The notes under the pieces were generated by a model. It was given only the letters and a program-made list of their open reading frames with translations, had not been told where the DNA came from and made no database searches. A stretch of 64,000 nucleotides of DNA from Macrostomum hystrix (lineage: Eukaryota > Animalia > Platyhelminthes): contig CATNEN010000001.1 of NCBI GenBank assembly GCA_950097015.1, forward strand, positions 19,406,001 through 19,470,000. Reading direction: 5' to 3'. Made by a program: the position numbers and the translations under genes. This document shows, piece by piece, positions 1 to 10,469 of the stretch. Every line of letters begins with the position of its first letter. Position 1 is the first letter of the stretch.

Positions 1-1199
1 CAGCCTCCGAGCCGGCCTCGTCTCAACGGTTGGCACAGGCTCAGGCTGCGGGGTGTAGTTAAACATGTTTTAATTTGCTTTCTCATCCGTCTAAATCGAA
101 AACTCCCCTTTAGAATCTAAATTCCCCAAAGAGAGACAATTACACATAGAGAAACTTGGGCTCCTAAATCAATTTTATACAGCCACACCAATCGCTATTA
201 GTTGACGTACCTCTAATCCACATACGGCTAGGGCGATGCGAAGCGATTGATCCACTCGTGACTTGCCTTCCTGGCCCTCTTCCTCGCTGTCGGTGAAGGA
301 CAAATCGATGTTGCAGATGGGTTCAACATCAGGGACGGCGCGGTTTTTAGTCTGGGAAGTTGTTGTGCAAAATTATAATTTATCAAACCTCTCACTCTAC
401 CTGTCACTCCACCTCTCACTCTACCTCTCACTCTTCCTCTCACTGCACCTCTCACTCTTCCTCTCACTCACTCTTTCTCTCACTCTACTTCTCACTCCAC
501 CTCTGACTCTTCCTCTCACTCCACCTTTCACTCTACTTCTCACTCCACCTTTCACTCTACCTGTCACTCCACCTTTCACTCTTCCTCTCACCCCACCTCT
601 CACTCTTTCTCCCACTCCACCTCTCACTCTACCTCTCACTCTTCCTCTCACTCTACTTCTCACTCTTTCTCTCACTCTACTTTTCACTCCACCTCTGACT
701 CTTCCTCTCACTCCACCTTTCACTCTACTTCTCACTCCACTTTCACTCTACCTGTCACTCTTCCTCTCACTCCACCTTTCACTCTACTTCTCACTCCACT
801 TTCACTCTACCTGTCACTCCACCTTTCACTCTTCCTCTCACTCTTTCTCCCACTCCACCTCTCACTCTACCTCTCACTCTTCCTCTCACTCCACCTTTCA
901 CTCTACCTGTCACTCCACCTTTCACTCTTTCTCTCACTCCACCTTTCACTCCACCTGTCACTCCACCTTTCACTCTTCCTCTCACTCTTTCGCTCACCTC
1001 TCACCCTACTTAAGTTAACCATAATAGACACAGACTGTTAAAAGAATAAAGCAGGTGTAAAAATAGCTGTGAGTTGCTGCTTCTGATGTCTCACCTCACT
1101 GAGGGCGATCGATGCGCGCTTCAAACGAATTTTTAAACTGGGCCTGAATGTGCCCGCACCTTCGCAGTCGGATATTAGCCACTGATCACTGTTATCCAT
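1..1199 (-). CDS. Spliced gene of unknown function, 5' part only (exons 1199-1095, 351-226, 45-<1); cargo of the upstream element copy
   Basis: ATG at 1199; exon 1 MDNSDQWLISDCEGAGTFRPSLKIRLKRASIALSE then GTGAG donor; CAG acceptor then TKNRAVPDVEP...LRIALA then GTATGT donor; CAG acceptor then PEPVPTVETRPARRL. All junctions phase 0, no stops. Not in the ORF track. Confidence 0.6.
388..1000. repeat. Degenerate 12-bp CT-rich minisatellite (CTCACTCCACCT variants) in intron 1 of the 1-1199 gene
   Basis: Directly visible; explains the low-complexity ORFs at 228-1018. Confidence 0.95.
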
Positions 1200-1530
1200 C
1201 GAAAGGTAATTGCTTCTGTGATGACAATGAATCGCAAAAGAATTTCATGTGCGCTGACAATGAATGTCAATGCAAATACTTCAGAGCTTAAAACTCGCAA
1301 TTTAACGGCTGCCTAACGGGGTTATAAGCAACCCCACCGCCGCCAATCCCACTGGCCCGCTCTCCATGAATGTGTACTGGACTTCGAGTGTCATGTTCAA
1401 GTTTTCAACCTAGATTCCCCCAAATGTGTTTTCAAATGTTTATTTAAAAACAAAACTAATCAAGCAGCTCACTTATAACTAATATTTTATACTTACCTAC
1501 CTCTAACTTTCACTCTACCTTTCACTCTTC

Positions 1531-2461
1531 CTCTCACTCTTTCTCCCACTCCACCTCTCACTCCACCTGCGCTGACAATGAATGTAATAGATTCTAGCCT
1601 AGATTTTCCCAAAAGTGTTTTTAAATGTTTGTATAAAAACAAAACTCATCAAGCAGCTCAATCATAAATTATATTTTATATTTAAAAAATATTGACAATA
1701 ACTTGTTTTTCGTTTAAAAATGTACTTTTTTCGGAAGCTAGGCCTTTTGACATTGATAGCTTCCAGAATTTTTTCAATTCCTTCTCGTCGTGGCTCGGAG
1801 GCATGACTGCAATTTAGGGAATTAAATATTAGTCAGCTTCCTTTCTTGGTTTGATCGTCAGGGTCTTTTGTTAACCGAGAAGGAGGCCCTTCCCTGCCGC
1901 ACCAGCAAGCATATAGCCTATGCTCTTGAGAACATTTCGGAATTATGAAGTGGTGTTGATTACCCGAGACTAGTTTTTTTATAATTTACTTTGCTTATTA
2001 TGGCCAAGTGATATCACTTGTTTATTTAATTATGCTTGCTGCTGAAGAACCAAGTCGAAGCCACTATCGCATGTAAAATATTGGTTTAAAAAGAATGTCG
2101 AAAAGAACAGTGCAGGTACTTGCTACGGTGCTAGGTGCTAGGTGTGCGGGCATGTGGAAAGTAATTTATTGTTTTTTCTGTCTATTTTTCAGATGTAATG
2201 ATGCGGGAGTTTATCATGACACAATTGTATGAACAGGATAAATTGTATGTCTCATATATACAGCTTAGCCAAGACAAACGATTTGTAATTTTTTTGTGCT
2301 TTTTGTACAATTTTAAGATGCGATGGTGCCAAAAGAAATGGAGTATACATACACGCAGTTCTGTGAACGGGATAATTTTTTTATGTCCAGTAACATGTAT
2401 GTCTGTAACAAATAGCAAAAATCCTGACTAGTTGAGTTGGCAAATAACAGTTACAGGCCTG
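1531..2461. repeat. Right terminal ~930 bp of an upstream copy of the large TIR element (direct repeat of 27388-28312)
   Basis: Near-identical to 27388-28312; both end in ...GGCAAATAACAGTTACAGGCCTG. Confidence 0.9.
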
Positions 2462-3531
2462 AAACTGTTATTTGCCAACTCAGCTAGTCAGGGGACACTT
2501 GTCTTATCTGCTTCGAATTTCCATAGAATAGTGAATTTTAAGTTGCTACCTTGCCCCACCCCAGAGGCAAGTCAAGTCAAAGTCAAGGGTAAACAAAGTA
2601 ACCTATTTCTTATTTCACGCCAGACCAAACGCCCTTCAGCTTATCTCCGTCTGTTGTGGTCCCTTTTAGGCTCGTCTGAGTTGCAAGCGAATTTGGGAAG
2701 CAGAAAATCGGCGGCCGTTTTGTCAACATAGGTGGGTGGATTCTGCCTAGGGCTCAAGTTCCCACACTATTTGCTCCGTATCTCTCCTCACGTCGATAAG
2801 GGCGCAAACCTGTCCTGAACAATTTGCAAAGTTTCCTGTTTGCTAAACCCAAATCCAAGTTTAGAGTTGTGTAGAGTAGATAAGAAAATTTATGAACATG
2901 TGGCACTCGTAGAAGGGGATAAACAAGGCTAGCTTTCCTGTCCCGTTAGCGGAATGACGTAAAAAAAGTCGTCATTTTGGGCCGGTCTACTAAGAGCTTT
3001 CGGAAGCAGCCAACATTTTTGCCCTGGGCGGCCAGTTGCGATTTCGGATGTTAGGCGGTAAACTCCAATCGCAAGTGCAGGGAGTCGAAAGTATGAGGGA
3101 CAAAATAAGTAGAAATACAAAGAAGCATAGAGGGATATAGAAAAGAGAAAAGGCCCAGACATGAACGAATGGGAGAAACCAGCAGAGAGAGAGGAGCCAG
3201 GAACGAGAGGTCGAGACCGGACCGGGGATGAAAAGGAGCAAGAAATATCATGCACATTTTATGTGAAATATTGTACGTGAAAGGATGGCAAATAAATATA
3301 ATATCACGAGCGCGGAGCTACAGCTCTCTCGCTTTTTTCCCCTCTGCAGCCCGCTTGACGGAGTCGATCTCAGGCATTAACCCAAAGTGTTTTACTCATT
3401 ATCAATCATTTGATTTTTAAAGGTATCATAAGAGAACTCGAATCGTGTCAGTCCGAGTCGGTTTTTCATTCAATCTTATAAGGAGGCGATCTCTTCTTTG
3501 ATCGGCGCAGAGGAGAGGTCGTACCGCAGAA

Positions 3532-5331
3532 TTAACACCTTATATTATAGAAAGGATAGTTGTAGACATTGTCGAATTCCTGAAGCACTCTGCCACTTAT
3601 TATGCCGTCCGGTTTAACTTCATCAATATGAATGCATGTCGTCCCAACGAAGCAGCAATTGTCACCCTTCTTCGTGCTGAATTCTATAGTTGTTTCTGCT
3701 GGCTGGCTGAGGTACATATTTCGTACTTGTAGTACTTGACATACTGAATGAGCGGCGACATGCCTGGTGACTTTGACCCTTCTCTTGATTGCTCCCAGAT
3801 AGCTTTCGAATGGAAATGTACTAAAATTATTTAAGTTACCTAGCCTTCTAACAAACTGGTCGAGGTGAAGAAGTGCATGAATGTTGTAGCTAATTGATTT
3901 TTGGCCAAATATCTTTGACATCTGTTCGACGAATACCCCGATGCAGCTTTTCGCTGAATCCCATAGATTAGCATACCTTTCCGTGGAATAGCAGTATACG
4001 GCGAAGTGCAGTAGGAGAAAATTTTTGTATAACTGTTCCTTAACATATCCCTTAAAAATTATTGGTCCCAGGTAAAGAATAATTTGTCTGAACTCTGTCG
4101 CCTTAAAATAGTTAAGACACTTATCTATGCGGCGAGGTCTTCTCTGGAAATTAGACGGAGTCCAGCTGGCAATACCGGCAATGATGTCAGACAAAGACTT
4201 CATATTCCTGCGACTAAAGCGGCAGCCTCCTTCTCCAAAATACAAGTGCATTAACTTCCTTACTGCTCCCAGACAAACGGCATGTTGAAAATCCAGAGGA
4301 AAACAGTTGACGAAGTCAATGTTGGGCAGGTCCAACAGTGGTGACTTGATGACCGCTCCTGTGGCGTCTTTTTTCTGGTTGTTCTCTACTAGGGATCGGT
4401 ACGCTTCCCCACATCTATTCTGGCCAGCAGTTACGGAAAATGATACTCTGCCTTCAGCACGCAAGCCCACAGCTCGACAGTAACTGCATCCTAAGTAGCT
4501 TGTGTGACCCAGAGTGCACATTAAAAAACTGCGGGCAGGGGTGTCGCAGACAAAATAAATAGTGGAGAACATGATGCTGATTTTCTCACTGATTTTGACT
4601 GGACCAGACAGAAAGTTTTTTGCCTCTTGGCAAAACTGTTGCAGGTACTCCTGTACTGGTGGCTTTCCAGTGCCGGCCCAAACAGCCACTGGAAAAGGCT
4701 TAGCGAATGCGGATTTAATTTTCATTAGGAGTGGCCATAGACTAATCGTACTGGATCGATAGAGGGGAAGTCCGTCACTGTTTAGAAATGCGTCGAACTT
4801 GTAACACTTGGTTGAACCTTCATGCAGCAAATTTTCTGGTCGCAGTGTCAACAAATTCTTCGAAAGTAGTTGCTGCAGATTCTCCAGAATAGAAATGTAA
4901 CGAAAGTGCCCGTCTCCCATGGCCACCAAGTCACCAGTAGGACAGTTTTCTCTGGCCAGGCGTTCAAATGTTTTGTAAGATTTTGTGACAGGCAAACCAA
5001 TGTCGCGTAAACCCGCAAGTAGGAAAGCCATGGCGTCACGGGGAATGTTGTATGTAGAAAAGAACAAAACAAGGAGTGCCTGTAGCCTTACCTCCAAGGG
5101 CCGATTGTCTTCATCCTCTTCGCTGTCCATGTCGTCATCGCTTTGAGTTTCCTGCTCAAACTCGTCGAATTCTACCCTACTAAAATCTTCTTCCGTCTCC
5201 ATTTCCACATCGCCTTGACTTGCCGACTGCCCTCCAACCTGGACACTTCTGGGCCCCTCAGCTTCTTCTCTGAACATGGCCAACAAACTCTTGTTTGTCA
5301 GTCTCCTAATATTCCTAGACGCAGAGGACAT
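3532..5331 (-). CDS. EnSpm/CACTA-superfamily transposase (animal type, intronless)
   Basis: Motifs NSDGLPLYRSS..SLWP, FVCDTPARSFL, H..Y.GCSYC, PLDFQHAVCLG, FKATEFRQIILYLGP, SYNIHALLHL, FSTFPFESYLG. Confidence 0.85.
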   Translation of the reverse strand: MSSASRNIRRLTNKSLLAMFREEAEGPRSVQVGGQSASQGDVEMETEEDFSRVEFDEFEQETQSDDDMDSEEDEDNRPLEVRLQALLVLFFSTYNIPRDAMAFLLAGLRDIGLPVTKSYKTFERLARENCPTGDLVAMGDGHFRYISILENLQQLLSKNLLTLRPENLLHEGSTKCYKFDAFLNSDGLPLYRSSTISLWPLLMKIKSAFAKPFPVAVWAGTGKPPVQEYLQQFCQEAKNFLSGPVKISEKISIMFSTIYFVCDTPARSFLMCTLGHTSYLGCSYCRAVGLRAEGRVSFSVTAGQNRCGEAYRSLVENNQKKDATGAVIKSPLLDLPNIDFVNCFPLDFQHAVCLGAVRKLMHLYFGEGGCRFSRRNMKSLSDIIAGIASWTPSNFQRRPRRIDKCLNYFKATEFRQIILYLGPIIFKGYVKEQLYKNFLLLHFAVYCYSTERYANLWDSAKSCIGVFVEQMSKIFGQKSISYNIHALLHLDQFVRRLGNLNNFSTFPFESYLGAIKRRVKVTRHVAAHSVCQVLQVRNMYLSQPAETTIEFSTKKGDNCCFVGTTCIHIDEVKPDGIISGRVLQEFDNVYNYPFYNIRC

Positions 5332-6499
5332 GCTGTAAATGTTTACTACTGTCTGTACGTCTGTAGTAATTAATATGTAATAGTAAAAGTATGTAATAGT
5401 GTAATATTTGTCAACTCTTAGTCGTAGTTTTAGTCGTGCTCTTAGTCTTGCAACGCACTTTCAATAGCTACACTACAAAGATCCTCCAAAACAAACTGAC
5501 TCCACTCTCCATAGTCGGCACCAATGGCACAATCGGTAGCTAGCGGATAGTGGGTTTACAGGATTTTTCATAACTAACCAATGAGCGCGCGACGAGCCTT
5601 CCCACTGTCTAGGCCGTGCAGTTTGATCTGACATAAGTAAAGCTTTAGCTTATCTTCGCTCCCCTAACCTCCTGTCGTTCTCAAATTTTCTCAAATCTCA
5701 ATTCTCAAATATTCTGCAGACATGAAGTTTTTAGTCGTATTTGAAGCCGACAGGCAGGTTATTGAAGCTAATGAGAGTGATGTAGGTGAATGTGAGTTAA
5801 AAAATCGGACAGTTTCTGAATTGTCACTGTTAAAGGACAGTGAAGAGAGGTGGCGCTGCACGGCCAAATATGCAGGCAGAGTCTACGCAGCTGAAGTCCT
5901 CCAGGTGAGATCTAATGCACATTTTTGCTTTTTTTACGATATATGCCGCATATATATGTCAGTGACAGGTGGAGTGTATGGCAGAGTGAGAGGTGGAGTG
6001 AAAGGTAGTGAGACGTGGAGTGAGAGGTAGTGCGAGGTGGAGTGAGAGGTGGAGTGAGGTGGAGTGAGAAAAATGTCTGTCAGTTAAGTCAGTTTGTCTG
6101 ACAATTTGGTTCAATTCTTTCTCTACAAGATCTTTTCTAAAAATGACCAATTTAGGTATACCTGGATGACTCTCTGGAGCCGCCCAGCCTACGCTTCGTC
6201 CGCAACATGATCGAAAAAAGACGGTCAATTGTCGATATAATTCGGCAATTGAAACCGAGGGTTCTCTGCGCTGAAGATATGCGGCAGGCGCGACGCAAGT
6301 TTCAGTGTGGTGTAAGTTACAATCTGTTTGTCTGTCCACTCTATATCTCTCTCTCTCACGCACACACATTTAGATATCTCAGTACAATTAATCACCTCAG
6401 TAAATTATCAGTCAACATCATCAATTATCAATCACTAACAACGATTGTCCATCAAAAATATATTATCGAATGTTTATCAACATTTTCGATAATCAATTA

Positions 6500-6912
6500 C
6501 TGTTATCCAATGTCAATCATCCGAATCGATAATCAATCACTGTTATTCAATGTCAATCATCCGAATCGATAATCAATCACTGTTATTCAATGTCAATCAT
6601 TCGAATCGATAATCAATCACTGTTATCCAATGTCAATCATCCGAATCGATAATCAATCACTGTTATCCAATGTCAATCATCCGAATCGATAATCAATCAC
6701 TGTTATCCAATGTCAATCATCCGAATCGATAATCAATCACTGTTATCCAATGTCAATCATCCGAATCGATAATCAATCACTGTTATTCAATGTCAATCAT
6801 TCGAATCGATAATCAATCACTGTTATTCAATGTCAATCATTCGAATCGATAATCAATCACTATTATTCAATGTCAATCATTCGAATCGATAATCAATCAC
6901 TGTTATCCAATG
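6500..6912. repeat. 40-bp intronic tandem repeat (~10 copies)
   Basis: Unit AATCAATCACTGTTAT[C/T]CAATGTCAATCAT[C/T]CGAATCGAT. Confidence 0.95.
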
Positions 6913-7134
6913 CTAGTAACCCCAACATTTTCCTCACTTACTTATCCCCTAACTTATCCGACCTAACAGAACATCTCGACTGGTTCTGCGTCCGACACGG
7001 ACGATTTTTTCGTCTGTCCGGAGGAGCAAGCGGAATCCGAAGCGCAGCTACTAAAGCTGCCCTGCGTAGACGTGCCGCTGACTTTAGCAAAACTGGTGCC
7101 ACTGCCATCAACGATTCCGAAGTCTGCGGCCACA

Positions 7135-7372
7135 GAAGCTGCAAAAGCCGCGGCAGCTAAGGCGGCAGCTGCAAAAGCAGCAGCTGCGGCAGCAGCGGCA
7201 GCAGCGGAAGCAGCAGCGGCAGCAGCGGCAGCAGAAGCAGCAGCGGAAGCAGAGGCAGCAGCTGAAGCAGAGGCAGCAGCGGAAGCAGAGGCAGCAGCGG
7301 AAGCAGAGGCAGCAGCGGAAGCAGAGGCAGCAGCGGAAGCAGAGGCAGCAGCTGAAGCAGAGGCAGATGCAG
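7135..7372 (+). repeat. Coding GCA-rich/18-bp repeat encoding poly-Ala and (AAAEAE)n
   Basis: GCAGCAGCGGAAGCAGAG units inside exon 3 of the accessory gene. Confidence 0.9.
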
Positions 7373-9274
7373 AGGATACCGGACTGACATCAGCAGGTTT
7401 CCGAAGCTTCCAGGGCATCTCCATCGGACGACTGGAGCAGCAAATACAGTCGGGGGTGGATTTCCCATTAGAAAGCAATCGCGGCATTCTCTACGTCGCC
7501 CTGTTCGCAGTACGCGAGAGTACCCGATTGTTCAAGAAGATGGAAGCAACACAGCAGAAACTAGCCACCGAGCTGGCCTCTGTTAAGGAGGAAGTGCAGC
7601 AACTGCGCCTGTCATTAACGAAGGACCAGCAACCAGTGCAACAGCTCCAATTCTGGCCCATCGACTCCTGGCAGAGGTATGTCCACTACGCGGAGAACAC
7701 GCCTGCAGAGTGGACGTACCAGTTGAAACAAGCCCTGCCCAACAGAAAAATGGCGACTGTCGGAGCCACCATCCGGGTGGTTGGACACCTGCTTGACACC
7801 TGAGATGCAGACGAAGGTGAATTATAGCGGTGCAGGCCTACGCCAGAAATGCATCCAGGACGGTGTCGAAACGCAGTTTTCCGACGCATGCCTTGGCTTC
7901 AAGGCCGTTTTATTGCGACACGTCCAAGGTACGAAATGTTCAGGAATCTGATTGGTACTTTCACATTTCCTATCCGACAAACTTTACCTGTACTTCTCAA
8001 TTTACCTACCTCTCACTCTACCTCTAATCTAGATGCCGCCACCAGCATCTACGGCACGACAACCGAACAACAATTGACCGCCACGTACGTCGGTAGCCGA
8101 TTATGCGACATGCTCCATCGAGGCAAGGACCGTCAAACGAGCAGACCGCATCGACGCCTGTCAGCCTCTGGTGCATCAGGAGCATCTGCCACACCTTCGC
8201 CAGCCGGCGCTAAGAGACCTGGCTCGCAGCTGCTCAGCCATGCCTCGCGAAAAAGGCATTCTTTGCAGCCGCATCACAGTCGAGCAGAGCTGCTGGAGTG
8301 CTCCGATGAGGACGCTGATGGCCTGATGAGCGAGATGACTGAGGAGGATTAAACTCGGTAGAGATCCGACCGAGTTCTCCTATATGACAAGGCTTCCGGC
8401 GGAACAGGAAAGATAAGTGGCTTTTAAATATCTTTACTGCCTACTACGAGTACAAGTACTAGGAATTTGCACTGCTTATTTCTGCAACTCTTGCTCGTCG
8501 TATAGTCGATGAAAAACACAAAAAATTACTATCTACATGCCTACACGTCGTCTTTATACCCGGAAATCTTGTTCGTGCCTGCAACTCTTGCTCATCGCAT
8601 CCTGTAATCAAAAACACTAAAATTCGCTATTTACATGCCTGCAGCTCTTACTTAAGTCTGCAACTCAATTGCTTATCGTATCTAATAATTGAACAAACAC
8701 ACAAAAAATTATTTGTACATTCTACTATTAGCAGTACAAAAAGCACAGTGAATTTTTTTATTTAGAACTAAGTTTACAGAAGCACTAGTTTTTTTGCATG
8801 AATTACATAATGAATATTTCTTTCCAGTTCTACCATGGTGCCGGACGTCTACCAGTTGCGGGACCTGGTTGACTTGCTATAAAAGATAAGTAGCGTTTAA
8901 AATTTAAGTTTTTTATGGTTAATCTTATGCTCGATCTTGTACTTCATCTCATTCTGAATCTCATGTCTGATCTTATTCTAATATTTCCGCTTATTAAGAA
9001 TCTTTGCTTCATCTCGTTTACAATCTCAAATGTCGTGTACCTCATTCCATATACATCTGGATTCTATCTCACTGGATCTCTATTATCTGCATTGCTGTAC
9101 AGTGTATGTAAACAAGTAATTTTACAGTAAACCTTGCACACACAAATAAATCGTGGATACTTTCCAATTTCTCCAGAAAACCAGTCAGCCGGTTACGGGA
9201 CGACATGGTCGACTGGCGGAGGTGGCGTGGCACGGACGACTCGCAGAGGTGGCACAACGAGGACGACTGACTGG

Positions 9275-9724
9275 CGCGCAGTGCAGGGCTTGACAGGGAG
9301 GATTGGCAGAGCTGGCATGGCAGGGACAAAATGTGGACTAATTTTCGTGCTTTGTATTTACTTAAACCGTACTGTCTTCGCTTGATGATACTGTAAAACA
9401 TTCTTTACTCTTCTTTTCAATCATGGCTTGCATATTCGCTTTGAAATTGATAATAAATTTGTACCTTTAGCTGCGTCAGTAAGAATTTAATTATAACATT
9501 ATAATTATAAGATTAACAAAATCGCGCAGTGCAGGGCTTGACAGGGAGGATTGGCAGAGCTGGCATGGCAGGGACAAAATGTGGACTAATTTTTGTACTT
9601 TGAATCACTTATACCGTACTGTCTTTGCTTGATGATACTGTAAAGCATTCTTTACTTTTCTTTTCAATCATGGCTTGCATATTCGCTTTGAAATTGATAA
9701 TAAATTTGTACCTTTAGCAGCGTC
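9275..9724. repeat. ~200-bp direct duplication (9275-9480 / 9524-9724)
   Basis: GCGCAGTGCAGGGCTTGACAGGGAGG...GTACCTTTAGC occurs twice. Confidence 0.9.
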
Positions 9725-10224
9725 AAAAGTATTTAATGAGACTAGAATGAACATATTCGTAAACCATTTATAGCGGTGACGAATAGAAAAATTACATGAG
9801 CATGTTCAATTTTATTTATTTAAAGTGACTTTAAATTCAAAGTAAAGCTTTATATATACGGCATGCATACAAAAAATGAAACATACGTATGAAAAGTACA
9901 TGGTCAGGAGGGAGGGGGCAGCGTGGCGAGCGGAGCTGCTGGGGCAGGAGCGGAGCTGCTGGGGCAGTAGCGGAGCGGCGTACAGAGGGGGCGTATAGTA
10001 ATGTCCCACCGGGTAGAAGTGTAAGGTACGAATTACTATGGTAGTTAGAACTACAAGTGGAGTATAACAAAATATATGAATAATAATATTAACTATACAA
10101 TAAAGTAGGGCGGAAAATTACAAGAGCAGCACTGTAGAGAATGCGGAGTCATTATTTATTTAGAAAACTGCGATTTATAAAAACTGTTGTTTATCTGCGT
10201 CCCATTACTTTCATGATACAGTGC

Positions 10225-10400
10225 AGGATGGGCTGTGACCCACTGATGATACAGTGATGGGCTGTGACCCACTGATGATACAGTGATAGGCTGTGACCCA
10301 CTGATGATACAGTGATGGGCTGTGACCCACTGATGAGACATTGATGGGCTGTGACCCACTGATGAGACAGTGATAGGCTGTGACCCACTGATGACCCACA
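10225..10400. repeat. 29-bp tandem repeat (~6 copies)
   Basis: Unit GGGCTGTGACCCACTGATGATACAGTGAT. Confidence 0.95.
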
Positions 10401-10469
10401 GTAGCGGAGCTGCTGGGTAGGAGCGGACCTTTTAAAAAGCTAGGCTTTTTACGGCGCTCAAAAATACTG

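Larger units (their letters stand above)
5722..8352 (+). pseudogene. Four-exon EnSpm accessory gene (coiled coil plus DUF4806/BEN-like C-terminus) with one frameshift near 7775-7800; exons 5722-5904, 6156-6311, 6970-7928, 8033-8352
   Basis: Phase-compatible GT-AG junctions link ORFs 5722, 6207, 7072 and 7849. Shifting frame before the TGA at 7801 gives LTPEMQTKVNYSG...RHVQ, which splices in phase to DAATSIYG...MLHRGKDR. Divergent from the transposase. The domain call is tentative. Confidence 0.6.

Noticed and set aside
8835-9330. Possible small Trp/Asp-rich exon (DWRRWRGTDDSQRWH)
   Set aside because: In-frame stop and no consistent gene model.
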